Positions 19,786-29,593 of a stretch of 64,000 bases of DNA are shown here, one piece after another (within the stretch, counting starts at the first letter, position 1; the number at the start of each line of letters is the position of its first letter). Source of the stretch: an uncultured Pseudomonadales bacterium (lineage in GTDB: Bacteria; Patescibacteriota; Microgenomatia; UBA1400; UBA1396). The DNA lies in NCBI GenBank assembly GCA_964603945.1, contig CAZRWP010000001.1, forward strand, positions 184,547-248,546, given 5' to 3'. Made by a program: the position numbers and the translations under genes. The notes under the pieces were generated by a model that saw nothing but the letters and a program-made list of their open reading frames with translations, did not search any database and was not told where the DNA came from.

Positions 19786-20222
19786 GCTTGCACTGAACCG
19801 CCAGCTTTTTCAATTGCTTTGAGTACAGGCTGAGAAGTTTCCACTCCCTCAACCTTGATGGCAGTTTCCAATGTAGTTGCCCCAATGAGGCGGATCGGAT
19901 CACGTAGGTTTGAGACTAAGCCAGCCGCTAATAAAGCTGATGGTGTCACAACTTCTAACTTGTGTTTACTGAGATCAGCTAATTGAACTTCCTGACGATT
20001 ATGCAAAGGTTTCAAACGGCCTTTACCACGTTGCCAAGGCAAACGTCGGATTAAAGGTAGTTGACCACCTTCAAACCACAAAGGCACAATTCCACCACTG
20101 CGGGATCGCTGACCTTTTTGACCACTGCCGGAGGTGTGACCACCACGCTTACTGCCATAGCCACGACCAGCTCGGCGCTGAGGCATTTGTTTGATGGCTT
20201 GTAATTTATTCAGCAAACTCAT
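19782..20222 (-). CDS. rplO: 50S ribosomal protein L15
   Basis: …RRAGRGYGSKRGGHTSGSGQKGQRSRSGG… Gly/Arg-rich L15 signature; 4-nt overlap with secY start. Confidence 0.92.
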   Translation of the reverse strand: MSLLNKLQAIKQMPQRRAGRGYGSKRGGHTSGSGQKGQRSRSGGIVPLWFEGGQLPLIRRLPWQRGKGRLKPLHNRQEVQLADLSKHKLEVVTPSALLAAGLVSNLRDPIRLIGATTLETAIKVEGVETSQPVLKAIEKAGGSVQA

Positions 20223-20230
20223 GTTGTACC

Positions 20231-21022
20231 TTACTTTGTTTCTTCCGCTTTGGCTGGTTTGTCAGCTTTCTCAGCTGGCTTGTCAGCTTTCTTGGCCGGT
20301 TTAGCTGTTGATTTAGCTGGCTTGGCGGGTTCAGCTTTTTTGTCAGCAGGTTTGGCGGCTGGTTTATCAGCCTTCTTGTCAGATTTTTTAGCTGGTTTAT
20401 TAGCTGGTTTGTCAGCTTTCTTAGCAGTTTGGGCGCTTTCATCGGCGGCGGCTTTATCGGCGGCGGCCTTCTGCTGAGCTTCGCGCTGGAGCTCGCGCTC
20501 TTTCTGGCGCTCTTCTTCCTCTTCTTGAGCAATTGATTTAAGCTGAATGCCTTTTACATCAACAATCTGACGAATTTTTTGCAAGGCAATAAAAGTAGTA
20601 TAAACATTTGAAGCTTTATTATCTGTACCCAGAATTTTGCTTGAGATATCACGAATGCCGGCCGCTTCAACTACAGCTCTGACCGGTCCGCCAGCAATAA
20701 CTCCTGATCCTGATGGCGCAGGCTTGAGCATAATGCGAGAAGCACCACTCTTCACTTCAATCGGGAAAGGAATTGTTGAACCATCCATCGGCACCATTAA
20801 CATGCGTTTTTTGGCTTTGCGAGCACCCTTGCGAATTGCACTCAAAACATCAGGTGCTTTACCTAGACCAACGCCGACTTTTCCTTGTCGGTCACCGACC
20901 ACCATCAACACGGCGAAACCCATTTTGTTTCCACCTTTAGTTTTTTTGGATACGCGGTTAACTTGGACGACTTTCTCGTCAAAGTTGCTGTCACTGCCGC
21001 GGCGATCATTTCCTCTGGCCAT
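20231..21022 (-). CDS. rpsE: 30S ribosomal protein S5 with ~95-aa Lys/Ala-rich C-terminal extension; no L30 gene between S5 and L15
   Basis: S5 dsRBD and C-domain (…VVQVNRVSKKTKGGNKMGFAVLMVVGD…); only 8 nt to rplO. Confidence 0.9.
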   Translation of the reverse strand: MARGNDRRGSDSNFDEKVVQVNRVSKKTKGGNKMGFAVLMVVGDRQGKVGVGLGKAPDVLSAIRKGARKAKKRMLMVPMDGSTIPFPIEVKSGASRIMLKPAPSGSGVIAGGPVRAVVEAAGIRDISSKILGTDNKASNVYTTFIALQKIRQIVDVKGIQLKSIAQEEEEERQKERELQREAQQKAAADKAAADESAQTAKKADKPANKPAKKSDKKADKPAAKPADKKAEPAKPAKSTAKPAKKADKPAEKADKPAKAEETK

Positions 21023-21027
21023 ATTGG

Positions 21028-21387
21028 TTATACCTCAATTCCTTCTTCACGAAGCGTCTCTGCCACCGCTTTAACGCGGCCATGATACTTGTTGGCACCA
21101 CGATCAAAAGCGGCTTTAGTAATTTTGGCTTTTTTCATAGCTTTCGCTAGATCTTTAGCCACTACAACTGTACGCTCTGTTTTTGTACCGGCAATTGACT
21201 TGGATTTACCGAGATCACTCACGGCTGTTAAAGTCTTGCCCTGCTCATCATCAATTACTTGAATCTGAATATGCTTGTTTGAACGATAAACACTAATCCT
21301 AGGCTGAGCAGAAGTTCCGGACATTTTTGACCGGACTCGTCGTGCTCTTTTAACCTGGCGTAGTTTTTGTTTTTGAACGTAATTCAT
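21028..21387 (-). CDS. rplR: 50S ribosomal protein L18
   Basis: L18 family sequence, operon position. Confidence 0.9.
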   Translation of the reverse strand: MNYVQKQKLRQVKRARRVRSKMSGTSAQPRISVYRSNKHIQIQVIDDEQGKTLTAVSDLGKSKSIAGTKTERTVVVAKDLAKAMKKAKITKAAFDRGANKYHGRVKAVAETLREEGIEV

Positions 21388-21396
21388 GTTTTCCTT

Positions 21397-21936
21397 TTAG
21401 GCGGCAGTGGCCTTACCTTGCTTACGGCGAACCTGCTCACCTTCGTAACGAATACCTTTGCCCCTGTAAGGCTCCGGTGGTCGGAACTTGCGAATATCAG
21501 CGGCTACTTGGCCTACCAGTTGTTTATCAATACCTTGAACAATCACAATATTATTACCTTCAAGACTTAAAGTTATTCCTGGCACGGCTGGAATTTCAAC
21601 CGGATGAGAAAAACCTAAGGTCATACTAATTCCGGCGCCTTTCATCGAAGCGCGATAACCAGTTCCGACTAATTCTAATCGTTTGGTGAATCCTTCTGAG
21701 ACACCTTCAACTAAATTCTGGATCAGACTGCGGGCCAGACCATGATTGGCTCTGGCTTGACGTGAATTATTAGTTCGAGCAACGTTAACTTCGCCCTCAG
21801 CTATATCAAGACTGGTGAAAGTTGGCAGATCCAGCTTAAGCTCACCTTTTGATCCGCGAACTACCACGGTTTTGTCCTGGAGTTCAACGGTTACGCCGCT
21901 AGGAATAGTGATGGGTGTGCGTCCAATTCGTGACAT
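21397..21936 (-). CDS. rplF: 50S ribosomal protein L6 (start at MSRIGR; ORF-track start 21978 is upstream in-frame extension)
   Basis: MSRIGRTPITIPSGVTVELQDKTVVVRGSKGELKLD… matches L6 N-terminus. Confidence 0.9.
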   Translation of the reverse strand: MSRIGRTPITIPSGVTVELQDKTVVVRGSKGELKLDLPTFTSLDIAEGEVNVARTNNSRQARANHGLARSLIQNLVEGVSEGFTKRLELVGTGYRASMKGAGISMTLGFSHPVEIPAVPGITLSLEGNNIVIVQGIDKQLVGQVAADIRKFRPPEPYRGKGIRYEGEQVRRKQGKATAA

Positions 21937-21943
21937 ATAATCC

Positions 21944-22333
21944 TTACCAAATACTGAACAGTACCTCTCCGCCAACATTGACTTTCTTGGCTTGTGTAAC
22001 AGTCATTATTCCTTTAGAAGTTGAGATGATTGAAGTTCCGTAGCCAGATAGCACCCGAGGCAGTTTGTCGGCTGTCCGGTAAATACGCTGACCAGATTTA
22101 GACACGCGCTTAACGTTAGTTAAAGCAGAACGTCCGTCAATGTAGCGCATTTTCAGCACCAGTACATCTTGAGGCGGAATTGGCTCACGGGTAACATCAG
22201 CTAAATATCCTTCCTGAACCAGTAATTCGGCGATTTGTTCACGCAGTTTCGAAGCTGGTAAACGCACCTCATCCTTGTGGGCCAGGTAGGCATTTTTAAT
22301 TTGAATAATCATGTCGGCTATAGTGTCTGTCAT
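21944..22333 (-). CDS. rpsH: 30S ribosomal protein S8
   Basis: MTDTIADMIIQIKNAYLA… S8 signature. Confidence 0.92.
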   Translation of the reverse strand: MTDTIADMIIQIKNAYLAHKDEVRLPASKLREQIAELLVQEGYLADVTREPIPPQDVLVLKMRYIDGRSALTNVKRVSKSGQRIYRTADKLPRVLSGYGTSIISTSKGIMTVTQAKKVNVGGEVLFSIW

Positions 22334-22340
22334 ATTAATC

Positions 22341-22526
22341 TTAGAAGCTGGATTTTACTAAACCAGGCAGTTCTCCTTTATGAGCTAAATCACGCATGCA
22401 TAAGCGGCAAAGGCCAAAGTGGCGGTAGTAGCCGCGGGAACGGCCGCACAATTGACAGCGATTAACGCTCCGGGTAGAGTGGTCTCGCAGTTTTAGTGCT
22501 TTAGCGATTCTTGATTTCTTAGCCAT
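22341..22526 (-). CDS. rpsN: 30S ribosomal protein S14, type Z (zinc-binding, 61 aa)
   Basis: CxxC…CxxC ([20 protein letters not shown]), 61 aa. Confidence 0.9.
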   Translation of the reverse strand: MAKKSRIAKALKLRDHSTRSVNRCQLCGRSRGYYRHFGLCRLCMRDLAHKGELPGLVKSSF

Positions 22527-22530
22527 GCTT

Positions 22531-23079
22531 TTACTCCTCTTTCCTGAAGGGCATTCCGAGTTTTTCTAATAATTCAAATGATTCTTCACGAGAGTCGGCA
22601 TTTTGAACGGTCATGACGACTTGTAAGCCGCGCACTCGGTCGATTTCATCGTAAACAATCTCTGGGAAGATAATTTGTTCAGTTAAACCAAGGGTGTAGT
22701 TTCCGGCTTGATCAAAAGCGGTTCTTGAAACACCACTAAAATCCTTAACCTGAGGCAGAGCCAGTGATACCAACTTGTCAAAGAAGTCCCACATGCGGTC
22801 GCCGCGCAAAGTAACAGCCACACCAACGGGATCGCCTTCACGAAGCTTGAAACTAGCAATCGACATCCGAGCTGAGGTGACGTGTGAACGCTGACCAGTC
22901 ATTTTAGTAAGCTGAGTCATAACGGCATCAGCTGACTGCTGACGGTTAGATTCACTTCCCACACCCACATTCACGGTAATCTTGACCAACTTGGCCACCG
23001 CGAAAGGATTTTCTTTGCCGAACTTAGCCATTAAGGCTGGGACGACTTCCTGCTGATAGAGTTGTTTTTTACGGTTCAT
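22531..23079 (-). CDS. rplE: 50S ribosomal protein L5
   Basis: L5 family, operon position. Confidence 0.92.
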   Translation of the reverse strand: MNRKKQLYQQEVVPALMAKFGKENPFAVAKLVKITVNVGVGSESNRQQSADAVMTQLTKMTGQRSHVTSARMSIASFKLREGDPVGVAVTLRGDRMWDFFDKLVSLALPQVKDFSGVSRTAFDQAGNYTLGLTEQIIFPEIVYDEIDRVRGLQVVMTVQNADSREESFELLEKLGMPFRKEE

Positions 23080-23378
23080 ATTGTTTTACCTGTTTTTGCA
23101 AAGACACGGACTTTGTCGCCATCTTTGACTTCATAGCGGACGCGATCGCGCGCCTGAGCTGAGTCGTTCCAAATAGCAATTTTAGCGGTCGACATTGGGC
23201 GCTCCAGTCGGACTCGTTCGCCTGTTTGACCACCCATCGGCTTGCGATGGCGGGTGTACATGTTTGCACCCTGAACCACAACCTTGTTCTGGTCAGGTAG
23301 TACACGGATAATTTTGGCACGTGTGCCCTTATCCTTGCCGGCGGTTACGATGACTTCGTCACCAACTTTAAATTTCAT
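23076..23378 (-). CDS. rplX: 50S ribosomal protein L24
   Basis: KOW motif MKFKVGDEVIVTAGKDKG. Confidence 0.92.
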   Translation of the reverse strand: MKFKVGDEVIVTAGKDKGTRAKIIRVLPDQNKVVVQGANMYTRHRKPMGGQTGERVRLERPMSTAKIAIWNDSAQARDRVRYEVKDGDKVRVFAKTGKTI

Positions 23379-23380
23379 AA

Positions 23381-23755
23381 CTATAAGACCTCTGGAGCGA
23401 GAGACGCTATTTTAGCATAACCCGCATCTTTTACCTCACGCGCTATCGGACCAAATACCCGAGTTCCGCGTGGCACTTTATTATCGATCGCTTCAATTAG
23501 GACAGCCGCATTATCATCAAAGCGAATGTAACTGCCATCAGAACGACGTACTTCTTTTTTAGTACGCACTACCACAGCTTTTACTTTTTCACCTTTTTTA
23601 ATGGCGGCATTAGGCTGAGCGGAAATAACTGAAGCAGTAACTACATCAGCCACTGAACCAAATGGATGCTTAGATTTTCCATGGACCAAGATTACCCGCA
23701 AGCGCTTTGCGCCAGAGTTATCGGCTACCCGTAGGACTGACAGAAGTTGAATCAT
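23381..23755 (-). CDS. rplN: 50S ribosomal protein L14
   Basis: [17 protein letters not shown]… L14 signature. Confidence 0.93.
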   Translation of the reverse strand: MIQLLSVLRVADNSGAKRLRVILVHGKSKHPFGSVADVVTASVISAQPNAAIKKGEKVKAVVVRTKKEVRRSDGSYIRFDDNAAVLIEAIDNKVPRGTRVFGPIAREVKDAGYAKIASLAPEVL

Positions 23756-23764
23756 ATTTCCTCT

Positions 23765-24001
23765 TTAGGCTTCCTTTTTCTCAGTAATCATAAAGTTCTT
23801 GCGCTTGCTGACTGGTGGGCAACTGGTTAAAGTTACTTCATCACCAACCGCGACCGTAATTTCGGCCGGCACATGCGCCAGATAGTTTTTAGTACGTTTT
23901 ACGAATTTCTTATACACCGGGTGCTTCCAGCGGCGCGCCACTTCAACTTTGGCGGTTCGCTCATCATTCACGCGGATTACAATTCCTTGTAGTTGTTTCA
24001 T
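23765..24001 (-). CDS. rpsQ: 30S ribosomal protein S17
   Basis: S17 OB fold sequence, position. Confidence 0.9.
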   Translation of the reverse strand: MKQLQGIVIRVNDERTAKVEVARRWKHPVYKKFVKRTKNYLAHVPAEITVAVGDEVTLTSCPPVSKRKNFMITEKKEA

Positions 24002-24005
24002 AGTT

Positions 24006-24224
24006 TTACTCCGACTTCTCCACTAATTCGCGGCGGCGAAGTTCTGCCTTAATCAGCTTGATTTGTTTACGGGCTTTATATGCTTTCTTAATATCGACTT
24101 TAGTGCGATCCTGCAAAAGTCTCTCTTGGCGGGCTCGAATGAGTTCCACTTGCAGTTCGCGCAGTTTTTTATTCATCTCGTCCTGAGACAAAGCTAAGAG
24201 TGCTTGCCGATCATTCTTTTTCAT
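24006..24224 (-). CDS. rpmC: 50S ribosomal protein L29
   Basis: 72-aa helical protein …ELRELQVELIRARQE…. Confidence 0.88.
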   Translation of the reverse strand: MKKNDRQALLALSQDEMNKKLRELQVELIRARQERLLQDRTKVDIKKAYKARKQIKLIKAELRRRELVEKSE

Positions 24225-24226
24225 AT

Positions 24227-24640
24227 TTAGTTTTCTTCCTTCATGATGAATTGAGTCTTCATCGGAATCTTATGACCGGCTTTGCGGAAAGCTTCGCGGG
24301 CAATTTCTTCAGGTACACCAGTTAATTCAAAAATTATCCGTCCTGGCTTAATCTTGACGACATATTCATGAATATCGCCTTTGCCGGAGCCCATTTTAAC
24401 GCCAACCGCTTTTTTGGTTACCGGATGATCAGGGAAGACGCGAATCCACATCTTACCGATACGTTTGGTCGACTGAGAAATCACTTTACGAGCGGCTTCA
24501 ATCTGGCGGGCAGTCAGCTCACCACGAGTGGTAGCCTGAATGCCAAACTTACCAAAATCAATGTTCTGGCCACGAGTGGCATTGCCACGGTTCTTGCCTC
24601 TAAACTGCTTGCGGTATTTTGATTTCTTAGGTTGTAACAT
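24227..24640 (-). CDS. rplP: 50S ribosomal protein L16
   Basis: MLQPKKSKYRKQFRGKNRG… L16 signature. Confidence 0.93.
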   Translation of the reverse strand: MLQPKKSKYRKQFRGKNRGNATRGQNIDFGKFGIQATTRGELTARQIEAARKVISQSTKRIGKMWIRVFPDHPVTKKAVGVKMGSGKGDIHEYVVKIKPGRIIFELTGVPEEIAREAFRKAGHKIPMKTQFIMKEEN

Positions 24641-24642
24641 AT

Positions 24643-25317
24643 TTATTTCTCGTTATTTTTAGCTTGATTAACCTCACCTTTGTTGATCCAAACTTTAATT
24701 CCAACCAAACCTGATTTAGTTAAAGCTGGTGATTCGTAATAATCAATTTCAGCACGCAGAGTTTGAGTTGGCACAGTGCCTTCGGAATGCTTTTCCTGAC
24801 GGGCAATTTCGCCGCCACCCAAACGACCGGAAAGCTGGATTTTAACACCTTTGGCTCCGGCATTCATGACTCTTTCCAGAGCTTGTGAAACAGCGCGGCG
24901 GAAGGGGTATCGCTTTACTAATTGATCAGCAATCCGCTCAGCCACAAATTTAGATGACAAATCAGGCTGTTTGACTTCCACAATTTCATCAATGGACACT
25001 CTGATTCCTTTAGGATCACGGGGATTAATCTTTAAGAGCCGGGCTAATTGATTCTTCAATTCTTCCAGGTTTGATCCGCCGCGGCCGATAACCACACCAG
25101 GGCGGCTAACGTGCAAACGAATCTTAATGGCATTGATCGAACGCTCAATTTCAATGCGGTCTAAGCCGGCATTGCTGAGCTTTTTCTCAAAAAAGTCACG
25201 AATCAACTTATCCTCAAGCACCCGTTGTGAATAGGTCTTGGAATTGGCGTACCAGGTGGATTTCCAGTTAAAGGTGTTGCCGATACGGAAGCCGGTTGGA
25301 TGTACTTTTTGTCCCAT
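24643..25317 (-). CDS. rpsC: 30S ribosomal protein S3
   Basis: MGQKVHPTGFRIGNTFNWKSTWYA… KH domain. Confidence 0.93.
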   Translation of the reverse strand: MGQKVHPTGFRIGNTFNWKSTWYANSKTYSQRVLEDKLIRDFFEKKLSNAGLDRIEIERSINAIKIRLHVSRPGVVIGRGGSNLEELKNQLARLLKINPRDPKGIRVSIDEIVEVKQPDLSSKFVAERIADQLVKRYPFRRAVSQALERVMNAGAKGVKIQLSGRLGGGEIARQEKHSEGTVPTQTLRAEIDYYESPALTKSGLVGIKVWINKGEVNQAKNNEK

Positions 25318-25320
25318 AGG

Positions 25321-25875
25321 TTATTTCTTTGTCTCTTTTTTACTGGCCGATTTAGCGGCTGTAGATGATTTTGCGTTTTTTGTTTTAGCAGTTGTTTTAG
25401 CTTTTGGTTTAGCTTTAGAGTCAACTTCTGTCTTAGGGTCTGATTTAGGTAAAGATTTTTCTTTGGTTGACTCTGCTTTAGTGGCAGACTTAGCCTCTGG
25501 CTTGGTGGCTGGCTCAGCTTTGGACTCAGTTTTAACCTCAGTTTCTGGTGACTCCAGCTCAACTACTACGTGAGAGGTTCGTAAAACGTAGGGTTTGGCC
25601 TGGCCACGAGCACCAGCACGGAAGCGACGGAACTTTGGTCCTTCATTAATCATCAAAGTCTTAAGAACTAAAGTGTCCTCTGGTAAGCCAAGGTTATTAA
25701 CAGCGTTAGCAACGGCTTGACGAATAGTCTCGTTAATTACCTGAGCGCCACGCTTATTTAAGCTAGACAAAATCAGATTGGTCTCAGCTAGATCCTTGCC
25801 ACGAACTGTATCGGCAACTAACCGTAACTTACGGGGAGTAATCCAACTGGTAGATTGTTTGGCTTTAATAATCAT
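25321..25875 (-). CDS. rplV: 50S ribosomal protein L22 with ~70-aa Lys/Ala-rich C-terminal extension
   Basis: L22 core followed by KTESKAEPATKPEAK… tail. Confidence 0.9.
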   Translation of the reverse strand: MIIKAKQSTSWITPRKLRLVADTVRGKDLAETNLILSSLNKRGAQVINETIRQAVANAVNNLGLPEDTLVLKTLMINEGPKFRRFRAGARGQAKPYVLRTSHVVVELESPETEVKTESKAEPATKPEAKSATKAESTKEKSLPKSDPKTEVDSKAKPKAKTTAKTKNAKSSTAAKSASKKETKK

Positions 25876-25883
25876 ATTTATCC

Positions 25884-26168
25884 TTATGTCTTGGCTAAGA
25901 TCCGTTTCACCATCTTTCCATGACCATGGAAGGTTCGAGTTGGGGCGAACTCGCCCAAACGGTGACCAACCATTTCTTCAGAGATATAAACTTCAATAAA
26001 TTTACGTCCGTTATGAACCAAAAAAGTAAATCCGACAAATTCAGGCGAAATCTGAGAAGCTCTAGCCCAAGTTTTGATTGGCTGTTTTTTAGTCGCGCCA
26101 GCTTGAGCCGTTACTTTTTTCTGCAACTTCTCGTCAACGTATGGTCCTTTTTTAAGTGATCGTGACAT
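25884..26168 (-). CDS. rpsS: 30S ribosomal protein S19
   Basis: [15 protein letters not shown]…[10 protein letters not shown]… S19 signature. Confidence 0.93.
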   Translation of the reverse strand: MSRSLKKGPYVDEKLQKKVTAQAGATKKQPIKTWARASQISPEFVGFTFLVHNGRKFIEVYISEEMVGHRLGEFAPTRTFHGHGKMVKRILAKT

Positions 26169-26170
26169 GT

Positions 26171-27001
26171 TTACTTGACCCTTCGATCTTTAATGATCCA
26201 TTTGTTTGAATATTTCTTCTTTTTTCGAGTTTTCTTGCCGAGTGCTGGCATACCCCAAGGTGTCTTAGGATGCTTCAAACCAACACCACTTTTACCTTCA
26301 CCACCACCATGTGGGTGGGCGGCTGGGTGCATAGCTAAACCACGAACCGTTGGTCGAATACCCAAGTGGCGTTTGCGGCCAGCTTTGCCGAGTTTTCGGT
26401 TTTTGTGATCTGGGTTACCGACTTCACCAATGGTGGCTTGACAGTCAACCGGAATCAAACGGATTTCCTTTGAGGGAAGCAGAATTGTAGCATATTTATC
26501 GTCACGGCTTTGGATAACAGCGGCCACGCCAGCGCCACGGACTAATTGCGCTCCTTTGCCTGGCTTTAATTCAAGACCGTGAATTGGCATACCAACCGGA
26601 ATATTTTTAAGTGGCAAAGTGTTGCCGACTTCGAGTTCCGCTTCCGGACCAGACATCAATTGAGTACCTTCTTTAAGATTTCGAGGTGCAATTATGTACC
26701 GCTTGTCGCCATCGGCGTAATTTAACAGAGCAATATTAGCACTGCGGTTAGGATCGTACTCAATCTGGACAACTTTAGCTGGAACGCCAATCTTTTCCCG
26801 TCGCCAATCGATCATTCGATACTTGCGTCGGGCGCCGCCGCCGCGATGGCGGACAGTAATTTTACCCTGGGCATTGCGACCGTTGCGGCGGCGAGCGCCT
26901 TTGCCGGTCAATGCCTTGGTTGGCTGGTTGGCCACCAGGCTTTGCTTGTTGTCAATGCGATTTCGCTGACCTGGTGTAACTGATTTTCTTTTTACTAACA
27001 T
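26171..27001 (-). CDS. rplB: 50S ribosomal protein L2
   Basis: L2 C-domain …[11 protein letters not shown]… signature. Confidence 0.93.
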   Translation of the reverse strand: MLVKRKSVTPGQRNRIDNKQSLVANQPTKALTGKGARRRNGRNAQGKITVRHRGGGARRKYRMIDWRREKIGVPAKVVQIEYDPNRSANIALLNYADGDKRYIIAPRNLKEGTQLMSGPEAELEVGNTLPLKNIPVGMPIHGLELKPGKGAQLVRGAGVAAVIQSRDDKYATILLPSKEIRLIPVDCQATIGEVGNPDHKNRKLGKAGRKRHLGIRPTVRGLAMHPAAHPHGGGEGKSGVGLKHPKTPWGMPALGKKTRKKKKYSNKWIIKDRRVK

Positions 27002-27012
27002 AAGGGTCCTTA

Positions 27013-27300
27013 TTATAAGTCAAACAATTCAATCTTTTGGCCGGCTGGTAAGACGGCGATAGCTTTTTTGCGAGCTGGCACGTTGCGAGTAATGCGACGA
27101 CGGCCAGTTCGTTTCTTCTCACCAGGCAAGCTGATGGTTTTTAAATCCAGCACTTTTACTTCAAAAGCGGCTTCAATCGCCTGCTTAATGGCGCGTTTGT
27201 CGGCGCTTGGGTCAACGTAAAAGGTAAAAGAATTCTCTTCTTTTGCCATTTGCAGAGACTTTTCAGTAATGACTGGTTTAATTAATACGTAAGGGTTCAT
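27013..27300 (-). CDS. rplW: 50S ribosomal protein L23
   Basis: MNPYVLIKPVITEKS… L23. Confidence 0.9.
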   Translation of the reverse strand: MNPYVLIKPVITEKSLQMAKEENSFTFYVDPSADKRAIKQAIEAAFEVKVLDLKTISLPGEKKRTGRRRITRNVPARKKAIAVLPAGQKIELFDL

Positions 27301-28169
27301 GCTGATACCTCTTTCTCGGTCTTGACCGATTTTTTGGCACTGGCAGAAGCCTTACTCTTGGTTGTTTTCTTAACAGCCCTAGTGGCTGGTTTGGCAGACT
27401 TCTTGGTCTCTTCAGATTTATCAGCTGTCTTAGTGGCTGATTTAGCGGCTGGCTTAGCTGAAGTTTTGGCGGCTGGTTTCTCAGCGGTTTTTTTAGCAGT
27501 AGGCTCAACAGCAGTTGTTTTAGCTGATTTATCAGTAGAATTCAATAATCGCTGTTCAAGTACTTCTAGGGCTTCCTTAAAGATAACCACTTTATCAGCA
27601 CTGGCAACTTCATAGGCATTTACCCTGTCAGCTCTGGTAAGTTCAACTTCTGGCAAATTAGCCGCGGCTAAACGGAACTGAGCATAATCACCAGCAATGA
27701 TGAAAAGTACGCGGTCGGTTCGGTCTTCACTAATACGCACATAAGCGTCTTGAGCTTCCTTGGTCTTACCGGTAAAACCTTTTAGACCATCAGCCAACAT
27801 AACGTTGTCGTATGAGGCAGTTATGCCAAGCGCACTACGCAGGGCGGCCGACTTCATTTTTTGTGATAGTTTCTTAGTAAAGTTTTCCTGACCAGTTGGA
27901 CCAAACACCACACCACCACCAATAAAAATGTTGCTCGTGCGGGCACCGTGACGGGCGCGGCCGGTACCTTTTTGCTTGTACCACTTGGTTTTGGTTCGGC
28001 TAACTTCACTGCGGGTTTGGACTTTAGCCCCACCCTGACGTTGATTACTGCGATAAATATAAACTGCCTGAGACAATAATTCGGGGTTAATTGGTCCAAA
28101 TAAGGCCTCATTAACCTCAACGGAAGTTGTCCGCTTAGCGCCGGTTAGGTTTACTTGTGATAATTTCAT
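27297..28169 (-). CDS. rplD: 50S ribosomal protein L4 with ~90-aa Lys/Ala-rich C-terminal extension
   Basis: L4 core; tail AKTTAVEPTAKKTAEKPAAK…. Confidence 0.9.
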   Translation of the reverse strand: MKLSQVNLTGAKRTTSVEVNEALFGPINPELLSQAVYIYRSNQRQGGAKVQTRSEVSRTKTKWYKQKGTGRARHGARTSNIFIGGGVVFGPTGQENFTKKLSQKMKSAALRSALGITASYDNVMLADGLKGFTGKTKEAQDAYVRISEDRTDRVLFIIAGDYAQFRLAAANLPEVELTRADRVNAYEVASADKVVIFKEALEVLEQRLLNSTDKSAKTTAVEPTAKKTAEKPAAKTSAKPAAKSATKTADKSEETKKSAKPATRAVKKTTKSKASASAKKSVKTEKEVSA

Positions 28170-28999
28170 GCTTGAGCCTCCTCAGCCTTAGCCGGGGCAT
28201 CCTCTTTAGGGGTTGATTCGGTTGCTTCTTCTACAATCTCCGCTGGAGCTTCTTCTACATTCTCTGCTGGAGCTTCTTCTGCGTTTTCCTCTTCAGCTGG
28301 AACTGACTGAGGTTTGATGTCTAACAACTGTGAGAGACTGGTTTCGTTAAGTTCAATTAAATTCTGGTCTGTGCCCTTGTAGAGGGTTAAGAAACCGTTG
28401 TATGAGCCCGGAAGTGAGCCCTTGATCCAGATAGTCTGTTTTTCGGGATCAATAGCCAATATAACGGCTGTCAGTAAAGTCTTGCTTTGGACACCCATGT
28501 GACCTGGCATCTTTTTGTTTTTGTAAACACGACCTGGCGTAGTACCTTGGCCAATTGATCCAGGTGCCCGTTGACGGTCTGATTGACCATGTGTACGTGG
28601 ACCACCCTTAAAACCCCAGCGCTTAACCACACCGGCAAAACCTTTACCTTTGCTAGTGCCAGTGACCTTAATCACGTCGCCGACTTCAAAAACGTCTTCG
28701 ACCTTGATTTCTTGGCCTGGCTTGAGTTCAACTTGAGTTTCAACTTCTTTGAAAATTCGCTTACCTGGTAAAATTCCGGCCTGCTCCAGCTGTTTAGCGG
28801 TTGGCTGAGGAACATTCTTAATCTTTTTATCGCCAAAAGCGATTTGGAAGCGCTTAGTGTCATTTGTGTCATCAGCCTGACCAATTGAGCGCACCACCAC
28901 ATTACCCTTCATTACCACTTCGGTAACGGGATAACGAACGCCAAGTTTGGTCCAAACTTGACGCATACCTTTTTTCTGACCGATTACTGCATTTACCAT
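28166..28999 (-). CDS. rplC: 50S ribosomal protein L3 with acidic C-terminal extension
   Basis: L3 core …FKGGPRTHGQSDRQRAPGSIG…; tail EEENAEEAPAENVEE…. Confidence 0.9.
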   Translation of the reverse strand: MVNAVIGQKKGMRQVWTKLGVRYPVTEVVMKGNVVVRSIGQADDTNDTKRFQIAFGDKKIKNVPQPTAKQLEQAGILPGKRIFKEVETQVELKPGQEIKVEDVFEVGDVIKVTGTSKGKGFAGVVKRWGFKGGPRTHGQSDRQRAPGSIGQGTTPGRVYKNKKMPGHMGVQSKTLLTAVILAIDPEKQTIWIKGSLPGSYNGFLTLYKGTDQNLIELNETSLSQLLDIKPQSVPAEEENAEEAPAENVEEAPAEIVEEATESTPKEDAPAKAEEAQA

Positions 29000-29010
29000 G
29001 ATTACCTTAA

Positions 29011-29340
29011 TTAGTGCTTGATCTGAATTCCTACGCCTGCAGGCAGTTCAAGATGCATCAATGAGTCGATGGTCTTACCTGAGGGGTTAACAATATCGAG
29101 CACCCTAATGTGGGTGCGCATTTCAAAGTGTTCTCGTGAGTCTTCATCAGTATGAGGGGAACGAAGAACGGTAAAGTGCTTAAACTTAGTTGGCATGGGG
29201 ATCGGTCCAATTACGGAAGCTCCTGAAGCCAAAACGCTCTGCATAATTTTCCGCACCGCTTCATCCAAAATACGATGATCAAACGCCTTTAGGCGGATGC
29301 GAATTTTATTTACTGGTTGTTTCGATTGTTGTAGAGCCAT
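29011..29340 (-). CDS. rpsJ: 30S ribosomal protein S10
   Basis: S10 family; first gene of S10 operon after 250-nt leader. Confidence 0.92.
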   Translation of the reverse strand: MALQQSKQPVNKIRIRLKAFDHRILDEAVRKIMQSVLASGASVIGPIPMPTKFKHFTVLRSPHTDEDSREHFEMRTHIRVLDIVNPSGKTIDSLMHLELPAGVGIQIKH

Positions 29341-29525
29341 AATAGTTAATTAGACAGAGTGCGATTATACCCAATACCTGGCGTTCTGCCAAGGGGAAAG
29401 AATACCAAATCCTGGCTCAAAGGTAAAGTTAACTGATAGTAGGGCTAGAGACAGCCGAACGTAAACTAAATTATAGCGCAAATGTAAGCGGAAAGTTAAG
29501 AGGAGATCAAGCTTAAATAAACGAC

Positions 29526-29556
29526 CAGCCCCAGGCTTTCGCCCGGGGCTGGCTGG
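29526..29556 (-). terminator. rho-independent terminator after tuf (hairpin CCAGCCCCGGGCGAAAGCCTGGGGCTGG + U-run on minus strand)
   Basis: Perfect 11-bp GC-rich stem, followed on the minus strand by TCGTTTATTT. Confidence 0.7.
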
Positions 29557-29593
29557 ATTTTTCACCTTTTGAGGCGAGAATTCTTAGGTAGTT

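Noticed and set aside
29365-29565. 66-aa ORF in the tuf-rpsJ spacer
   Set aside because: It lies in the S10 operon leader and overlaps the tuf terminator hairpin; no RBS; likely non-coding leader.
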